A DNA stretch of 64,000 nt from Mustelus asterias (Eukaryota), in the NCBI RefSeq assembly GCF_964213995.1, contig NC_135815.1, positions 17,670,001 to 17,734,000 on the forward strand. The letters run 5' to 3'. Position numbers and translations under genes: made by a program. Of this stretch, positions 37,101 through 64,000 are shown piece by piece. The notes under the pieces were generated by a model. It saw only the letters and a program-made list of their open reading frames with translations. It was not told the origin of the DNA and did not search any database. Every line of letters starts with the position of its first letter. Position 1 is the first letter of the stretch.

Positions 37101-39424
37101 TTATGCCAAGTTTATTGATGAAAGCTTCTAATTCACCTTCTTCCAGATCATCTATTGCCGTCTTTTTTCCACCATCAACTAGTTCATCATTATCATTTAT
37201 GGAAGACAGCATTACATAGTCAGCCTGTGGAGAAATGAAAAAAGATTACATAGAGACAATACCACATATACAAACGTATGTGGAATACAAAGCATCTTGC
37301 AATTTTTAAAACACAAGTTGCATCCTGGCTCTATCAATTGGGACAATTGGAGTACAAAGGCAAGGAAATTATGATAGATCTGTATAAAATATTGGTCTGG
37401 CCTCAACTGCCAGTTCTGGTCATCGCACTTTAGGAAGGATGTGAGGACATTAGAGACAGTGCAGGAAATATTCACAAGAATGGCTCTATGAATAAGGAAC
37501 TTCAATTATGGAGGTAGATTGAAGAAGTTGGGACTGTACTTCTTGGTAAAGGTTGAGAGGAAATTTGATAGAGATATTCAAAATCATGAGGGGTCTGAAT
37601 ATAATAGGTAAGAATAAACTGTTCTTATTGGTGGAAGAATCGAAAACCAGAGGGCCCAGATTGATGATAATTGGCAAAAGAAGCAATGGCAACACGAGGA
37701 AAAATATTTTCATGAAGCGAGTGGTTAGGAACTGCAATGTACTGCCTAACAAAGGCAATCAAGGTTTTTGTAAGAGAGTTAATTTGATCATACATTTGAA
37801 AAGGAAAATTTTGCAGGGCTACCAGGAAAAGGCAGAGAGTGGCACTAAGTGAATTGCCCCGAGGACCAGCACAGATACAACAGACTGAACGGCCTCCTTC
37901 TGTGCTGTGACCATTCTATCATAAAAATACTCACATTTCTGTAACACTTTTCATGGCCAGACATTTCAAAGTGTTTTACAGTCAATGAAGTACTTTTGAA
38001 GCATAGTCACTGTTGTAACATGGAAACACAGCAGCCACTTTACACATAGTAAATGCCCATAAACAACAATGAATAGCGAATCTGTTTTTTGTGATGTTCT
38101 TGTGGGATAAACGTTGGCAACAAGAGGGATATTTATCCATAGAATACCTTAATATTAACCTGAGAGGTCAGACGGGACCGCTCCTATCCCAAAGACAGCA
38201 CCTCCAACAGCGCAGCACTCCCTCAGCATGGAGCCTGCTGTGTCAGCCTAGATTGTTGTCTGTCAAGTCCTGGATGATGCGGCTACAAAAAGCGCAGCAT
38301 GGTGGCAGAGGGAGGCAGAATGGTTAGCACTGCTGCCTCACAGTGCCAGGGACCAAGGTTCAATTCCAGCCTCGGGTGACAGTCTGTGTGGAGTTTGCAC
38401 ATTCTCCCCATACCTGTGTAGGTTTCCTCCTGCACTCCAAAGATGTGTGGATTAGGTTGGATTGGCCATGCTAGATTTCCCCTTAATGTCAAGGGATTAT
38501 TGCAGGGTAAATACCTGGGATTATGGTGATGGGACCTGGGTGGGATGATTGGTGGTACAGGCTTAATGGGCCAAATGGCCTCCTTCTGCACTGCAGTGAT
38601 TCTATTCTATACAAAAGGATCATGTATCGGGGAAGGTGGGATCAGAATATTGAATTTAATGATCAGCCAATGATCAAAATGAATGGTGGAGCAGGCGCAA
38701 AGGGCCGAATTGCTTATTTCTGCTTCTATTTTCTGTATTATATGTAATGCTGGTGTCCTGGAATGCAGACTTGAACCTATTCTAGAGGTGAGAGTATTAC
38801 TGCGGAACTTTTATTTATTTGTATCACAAGTAGGCTTACATTGACTCTGCAATGAAGTTGCAGTCCTCTAGTGGCCACATTCCAAAGCCTGTTCGGGGAC
38901 ACTGAGGGAGAATTTAGCACGGCCAATGCACCCTAACCAGCACGTCTTTTGCACTGTGGGAGGAAACCGGAGCTCCCGCAGACACGGGGTGAATGTGCAG
39001 ACTCCACACAGACAGTGACCCAAGCCGGGAATCGAACCCGGGGTCCCTGGCGCTTTGAGGCAGCAGTGCTAACCAACTGTGCCACTGCAGGCACAGCAAA
39101 TCTTGGGGGGGGGGGCGACATTAAAGTATTTCAAACCTCCCATGCGGTTGATCGACTGGTGACACAAGCAGCAGCAGTACACTTCCCCCACGTGTACAGA
39201 GGCACCTCTCCACCCCAGGCAGCCCTGACGCTGGCATGTGGCCCTTCCCCCCCCCTCTCTCTCTCGCTCACCTTGGTCCCTCCGAGCTGCCGCACCACAT
39301 CGAACGTGAACTCATCATCCACTTCCTCCGCGTCGCCGCGCTCCGACTCGACATGGCTGCCCTCTTCCCTGTCCGAATCTTCCAGAAGCGGCTCGGGCTC
39401 GAGCTCCTTCGCCGCCGCCGCCAT
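15985..39424 (-). CDS. CEBPZ: CCAAT/enhancer-binding protein zeta (CBF/Mak21/Noc1 family), whole gene, 16 coding exons, 3237 nt, 1078 aa
   Basis: All 16 exons have GT-AG boundaries and compatible phases; peptides such as [56 protein letters not shown] and KQLQWE match CEBPZ. Confidence 0.96.
16411..16492 (-). CDS. CEBPZ: CEBPZ exon 15
   Basis: [27 protein letters not shown]. Confidence 0.94.
16785..16843 (-). CDS. CEBPZ: CEBPZ exon 14
   Basis: [20 protein letters not shown]|gtgagt. Confidence 0.9.
17660..18590 (-). mobile_element. Degraded Penelope-like element (GIY-YIG region and 3' end)
   Basis: Peptide [18 protein letters not shown]...NHFAEH resembles a PLE GIY-YIG domain; the end (gatgctggaaatctgaaa..ctcagcag) is shared with the short elements. 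Confidence 0.6.
19306..19392 (-). CDS. CEBPZ: CEBPZ exon 13
   Basis: [29 protein letters not shown]. Confidence 0.87.
19672..19865 (-). CDS. CEBPZ: CEBPZ exon 12 (acidic)
   Basis: NMKKKSSK...[16 protein letters not shown]...[13 protein letters not shown]. Confidence 0.9.
21292..21550. mobile_element. PLE terminal-repeat mini-insertion: 107-bp inverted arms, 12-bp target-site duplication
   Basis: Arms at 21292-21398 and 21412-21518; catggggatagt at 21280-21291 and 21551-21562; the empty site is visible in the sister CR1 copy near 54146. Confidence 0.9.
21422..21458 (+). ncRNA. Minimal type I hammerhead ribozyme motif (mirror copy on the minus strand, 21352-21388)
   Basis: CCAU-CUGACGA-A-GGAGC-agc-GCUCC-GAAAGCUA-AUGG: stem I CCAU/AUGG, intact core, stem II, palindromic AGCU stem III. 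Confidence 0.8.
24633..24693 (-). CDS. CEBPZ: CEBPZ exon 11
   Basis: [21 protein letters not shown]; phases fit both neighbours. Confidence 0.88.
24900..25000 (-). CDS. CEBPZ: CEBPZ exon 10
   Basis: [33 protein letters not shown]. Confidence 0.9.
25678..25895. mobile_element. PLE-type terminal fragment with internal inversion and hammerhead-like motifs
   Basis: tgctggaaaatctcagcaggtctgacag is mirrored by tgtcagacctgccgagattttccagca; the minus strand near 25770-25806 reads GCU-CUGACGA-AGAGUC..-GAAACGUU-AGC. Confidence 0.65.
26021..26529. mobile_element. Non-autonomous hAT (Charlie-like) DNA transposon
   Basis: Imperfect terminal inverted repeats cgggtttcctcaac / gtttgagaaacgctg; 8-bp flanks gcgtagag (26013-26020) and gcatagag (26530-26537) with a central TA. 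Confidence 0.65.
27006..27072 (-). CDS. CEBPZ: CEBPZ exon 9
   Basis: [23 protein letters not shown]. Confidence 0.92.
27963..28031 (-). CDS. CEBPZ: CEBPZ exon 8
   Basis: [23 protein letters not shown]. Confidence 0.9.
29763..29865 (-). CDS. CEBPZ: CEBPZ exon 7
   Basis: [34 protein letters not shown]. Confidence 0.94.
30494..30547 (-). CDS. CEBPZ: CEBPZ exon 6
   Basis: [18 protein letters not shown]. Confidence 0.93.
31583..31671 (-). CDS. CEBPZ: CEBPZ exon 5
   Basis: [30 protein letters not shown]. Confidence 0.93.
32114..32345 (-). CDS. CEBPZ: CEBPZ exon 4
   Basis: [12 protein letters not shown]...SWLHHKNQ. Confidence 0.92.
33283..33514 (-). CDS. CEBPZ: CEBPZ exon 3
   Basis: [25 protein letters not shown]...LLQEHG. 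Confidence 0.94.
33660..34135 (-). mobile_element. Degraded PLE 3' region (same family as 52400-53200)
   Basis: [17 protein letters not shown] matches MEVTCINRQGPVLCRQK in the 52879 ORF; a decayed hammerhead-like ctaatgag...gaaaagctt lies on the minus strand near 33692-33720. Confidence 0.6.
35711..37224 (-). CDS. CEBPZ: CEBPZ exon 2 (1514 nt)
   Basis: ADYVMLSS...[10 protein letters not shown]; contains the 501-aa ORF. Confidence 0.96.
37330..37920 (+). mobile_element. Degraded CR1 3' fragment
   Basis: [15 protein letters not shown]...TRG; ends with tgtgctgtgaccattctat. Confidence 0.7.
39272..39424 (-). CDS. CEBPZ: CEBPZ exon 1
   Basis: caagATGGCG; [12 protein letters not shown]...VRQLGGTK|gtgagc. 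Confidence 0.93.
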
Positions 39425-39716
39425 CTTGTCAACAGCTACGTGCCTAGTGAGGGGGAGGGGGGGGAGGCCCGTCACAAAAAAAACCAGAAAACTGGTTAAA
39501 AATAAACCAAAATCAAACACTTGCAAATAATAAATCAACATAATCGCGACAAGTAGACCTAAAACGATGTTTATTAGTCTTTGTTTATTGCCAATATGAC
39601 CCCGGGAGAGGTGAGGGGTGGAAGGTTGAAGGTTATATATAAGCCCTGCCGATGAACTGCCGGTTGCTATGGCTTTTCACAGAGATTAGGTGCAGGAAAT
39701 TATTAAACTGGACACG
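39425..39716. promoter_or_regulatory. Compact bidirectional promoter between CEBPZ and NDUFAF7
   Basis: The divergent start codons are separated by 292 nt. Motifs: YY1-consensus CAAGATGGCGGC over the CEBPZ ATG, tcgcga at about 39544, ccaat at about 39591 and tatataa at about 39636. The head-to-head arrangement is also known in human. Confidence 0.75.
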
Positions 39717-60471
<20,755 letters not shown>

Positions 60472-61049
60472 AGGACATTGGTTCGAAATGATTGTCATTA
60501 GCATGCTGCACCTTGGTGAAATGAAGCTACAGTATCATGTTGAGACATCTGATCATCAATGTAACATCAAAAACTGTTAACTGTTACATATGCTCATGGA
60601 AAGCAGATCTTATTACAACTAGAGAATGAAAGGGATGCTAATTTATTTCAGCTTCTGGAAATTCATGACTCAAGAATGTATAAATGAAATTATGTTCCAA
60701 TAATGGTGCTGTTCTCGTTTTTAATGGTAGTAATTGTGGTTGTTGTACAAGCAAACTTGTTAAATTGCTACTGTGTATTTTGTAGATTGCACACACTGTG
60801 ACCATGATGCCCAGTGGCCATTGACAGTCTGGCTCTGGACTCAATCAAGTAAACTGCTCTGTTCTGGATAATATGAAGTTTGAGTGTGTCAGGCAACAAA
60901 TGGCAAGTAATTCATCTGACTCTTCACTTTAGCGATGCACACGGCTGTCAGTGTATTCTCACAGAATTCCCTGCCTTCACCCTTTTGTGTAGCAACATTA
61001 TCAAAATGGCTGGAAGAGATAAACCTCTAGATAGGTCATTTCTGGGATG

Positions 61050-61390
61050 TTGATTGTAGGACATTTTTGCGATGATGGTACCAATTAACAGTAGGATGCT
61101 AAGAAGCAGAGAGGAATCTTGGGGTGCATGTCCAAAGATCCCTGAAGGCAGCAGGACAGTGAGATAAGGCGGTTTAGGAGGCATATAGGATACTTGCCTT
61201 TATTAGCCAACGCATTGAATACAAGAGCAGGGTAATATGAAATGCTAGCTAGGCCACAGCTTGAGTAGTGTGTGCCATTCTGGTCACCACATTATAGGAA
61301 GGATGTGATTGCACTAGCATGGGTGCAGAGGAGATTCACCAGAACGTTGCCTGGACTGGAGCATTTCCGCTAAGAGAGACTGGTTAGGGT
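61050..61390 (+). mobile_element. Degraded CR1 RT-tail fragment
   Basis: aggccacagcttgag..ttctggtcaccacattataggaaggatgtg..gtgcagaggagattcaccag resembles the CR1 at 55060-55170. Confidence 0.6.
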
Positions 61391-62379
61391 GGTACAAAAT
61401 CTTTAGGGTACTTTGGGGCAGTGATCAGCAAACTACAAATCTTTGCTTGATTTTTGTTGGTTTTGAACCACGTGGCTCCTTACAGCTGCTGTTTTTTGTG
61501 TTGAGGCAACCGTGTTCTAACTTCACTGGGTTGGTACTCATGGTAAGAATGTTGGTAACTTTCTGTGAGCTGGATTTTCTTTTAGCATGACTTATCATAT
61601 ACATGGTGAGATTCCTGCTACCATGTCAAAGGAAGCCTGCCAGGAATGAGGCAACGCTAAAGCATGATTACCTCTCCAACACAAAACAGGTAGTGAGGAA
61701 CTTTTAAGGAATAGAAGTGCCTCAGAAAAGAAAATCTGCTGGCTTTATGGGTGCTCACTCAATTGGAGGAAGGGGAGGCTTCTACTCAGCTGTCTTCATC
61801 CAATGTAGATTTAGGGCTTATTACAATGTATTTACTGTTACCTTTCTCCAGGTGTTTCCAGGAAAGTGGATGGAAGGTTCTTCAACCTGACCCTCCCTTG
61901 TCGCCAGCGTTTATATCGGATGGGGTTAGCCTAATCTAGATCGAGGTAGTAAGGCTATTTGTCTATGAGATCCTACTCCTTTTGAAGAGGGAAAATCTAT
62001 CCCTATATATGCAAGACTAGCTTCAGGACACCAGTTCCCAGAGATGAATATTGAAGAGAAAGTCTAAACTGGACCATTTCTCCATTAAATTCACAGTTGA
62101 GTGGATGGTCAGAATAGTTCTTCAATGGAATGTGAAATCAGACCCTCAAACCGCTTGTAACACATTGCTTTTGGATCTTTTTAATGTCATCACTTCTGGC
62201 ACTGTGAATTCGGACATTAGGTAGTTCATTCAATAAGGAATACAGGCTCAGTTAAACCATCATGTGACAGATCAGTTTCACTTTAGTAATGATATGCTGT
62301 TGCAGTTGTAATACAATCTGCCATTTGTATTGAATGTTGCAGACACTGGAATAATAAAGGAAAACAATGCATTTATAGG

Positions 62380-64000
62380 TTTAATTAAAATCTCTGACAG
62401 GTGAAAATCAGTACTTCGATGGCAGCAGGCCAAGAATTCCTGACTGAAGGGCACAAGTAACAACTCAAACTTTCCTGGTTACAGGGTTCTCAGACGATTA
62501 GAGAGAGAATAAAAAAAAGTGGGTTAGCAATATTGGTTAATGAAACAATTATAGCCGTGAGGAGGGATGATATGCTAGAAGGATCATCAAATGAGACCAA
62601 TTGGCTGATCACAATGCTGGGTGTGTACTATTGACCCTCCCTCTCCCATTCAGAGGTAGAAGAACAAATTTCTGCAAAGTGCAAAAATAATTAGAAATCC
62701 CCAACTATTAGTGCTCTATTACCCGAATAATAACTGAGATAGAATCACTCTAAAGGTATGCAGAATTCTAAAAGTGGATTCAGAAGAACATTTTTAACCT
62801 GTACATAACAATCCCAATAACAGAAGCAGCAATTCTGGACTGAGTTTTAGGGAATGAAGCTGGGCTGAAGAATGGATTGTCAATGGGAGAACATTTTGGT
62901 GGTAGTGATAATTATTCAATTAGATTTAGCATAATTAAAGAAAAGGAGAAAAATAACTCGGCAGTATTAATTCTTAATTGGAAAAAAGGCAAATTCTATG
63001 AAGCTGAGATGTGACTCAATAAAAGTGGACTGCAAACATGAACTTAAAGGTAAATCAGTGGCAGAGCAAAGTGGAAATAGTGAGGATTCAGAAAAAAAAA
63101 TGTTCTCACAAAGGATAGAACAACAAAACCTAGAGTTCCTGGATGTTAAGGTGCAAGCAAGAGAGGACACAAAAAATGGGCAAGTAACATCATGGAAGCC
63201 TCCAAAGATGTTTTAGAAATGTATACATTTCAAGAGAATCATTAAGGAAAGAGTGGAGGCCAATTAGAGGTCAAAAAGGCAACCTATGCGTGGAGGAGGA
63301 ATATATGGGCAAAGTTATCAATGAATATTGTGTCTGCTCAAAAAATGGGTAACAATACAGACATTGTGGATGAGGAAAAGTGAAACATTGAATGGGATAA
63401 ACATAGTGAAAGATGAAATATTAAGTTTAGCATCTTAGCAAGTAGAAAAATTCCCAATGTTGAAATGCATTCCGGATTGTCAAGAGACGGAAGGATGGAA
63501 ATAGCAGACTCTGACCATTATTTTTCAATACTCTCCGGTTTCAAAGGTGGTGCTGGAGGACAAGGCAATTGCTAATGTTGTGCTATCATTGAAAAAGGGA
63601 TAGACTGTGTAATTGCAGCATAGCATAGCCTCGGTGGTGAGCAAATCATTGGAAACATTTAAGGTACAGTATTAATCACCATTTAAAAAGGCACAGATTC
63701 AGCAAGGATAACTGACATGGGTTTAAGGGAAGGTTGTTTGACTAACCTGGCTGAATCTTTTGAGAAGGTAGCAAGAATTTTAGCAAGGCTTTTGACAAGA
63801 TAATGGAAAGTAAAAGCACATGGGATCCCAAGGGCATGTGGCAAACATATTCAAAATTGGCTCAGTGGCAAAGGATAATGGTTGACAGAAGTCTACTTAT
63901 AATGGGATTCCGCAGGGCTGAGAATTAGGTTCCCTTCTTTGTCTGCTATTGATCAGTGAATTTGACTTAAATGTAGGGAGCATGATTAAGAAGTTTGGAG
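62380..64000 (+). mobile_element. Old, heavily mutated CR1 ORF2 (endonuclease to RT)
   Basis: Collinear similarity to the CR1 ORF2 at 683-1999 and 53772 onward (ggtagtgataattattcaattagattt, aaggcttttgacaag, attaagaagtttg), with many stop codons. Confidence 0.7.

Overview
Eukaryotic genomic DNA, most likely from a shark (inferred from the repeat content). It holds four vertebrate genes. SLC30A6/ZnT6 (minus strand) is partial: a probable first exon and one internal exon on either side of a 200-N gap. CEBPZOS (plus, 3 coding exons, 82 aa), CEBPZ (minus, 16 exons, 1078 aa) and NDUFAF7 (plus, 10 exons, about 451 aa) are complete. I checked the exon phases of the three complete genes by hand and each splices into one open frame. 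Introns are full of CR1-like LINEs, a Rex1-like LINE, tRNA-type and Deu-domain SINEs, non-autonomous DNA elements and several families of Penelope-like elements (PLEs) with minimal hammerhead-ribozyme motifs. The most striking feature is a young PLE insertion in NDUFAF7 intron 2. It is fused to a 285-bp, apparently perfect, inverted copy of NDUFAF7 exon 4 with both splice sites. This suggests template switching onto the host's own unspliced transcript and predicts a long pre-mRNA duplex that hides the SAM-binding exon. An older, similar capture of the CEBPZ exon 3 donor region sits in another PLE remnant. Family names come from recall, not database searches, and repeat boundaries are approximate.
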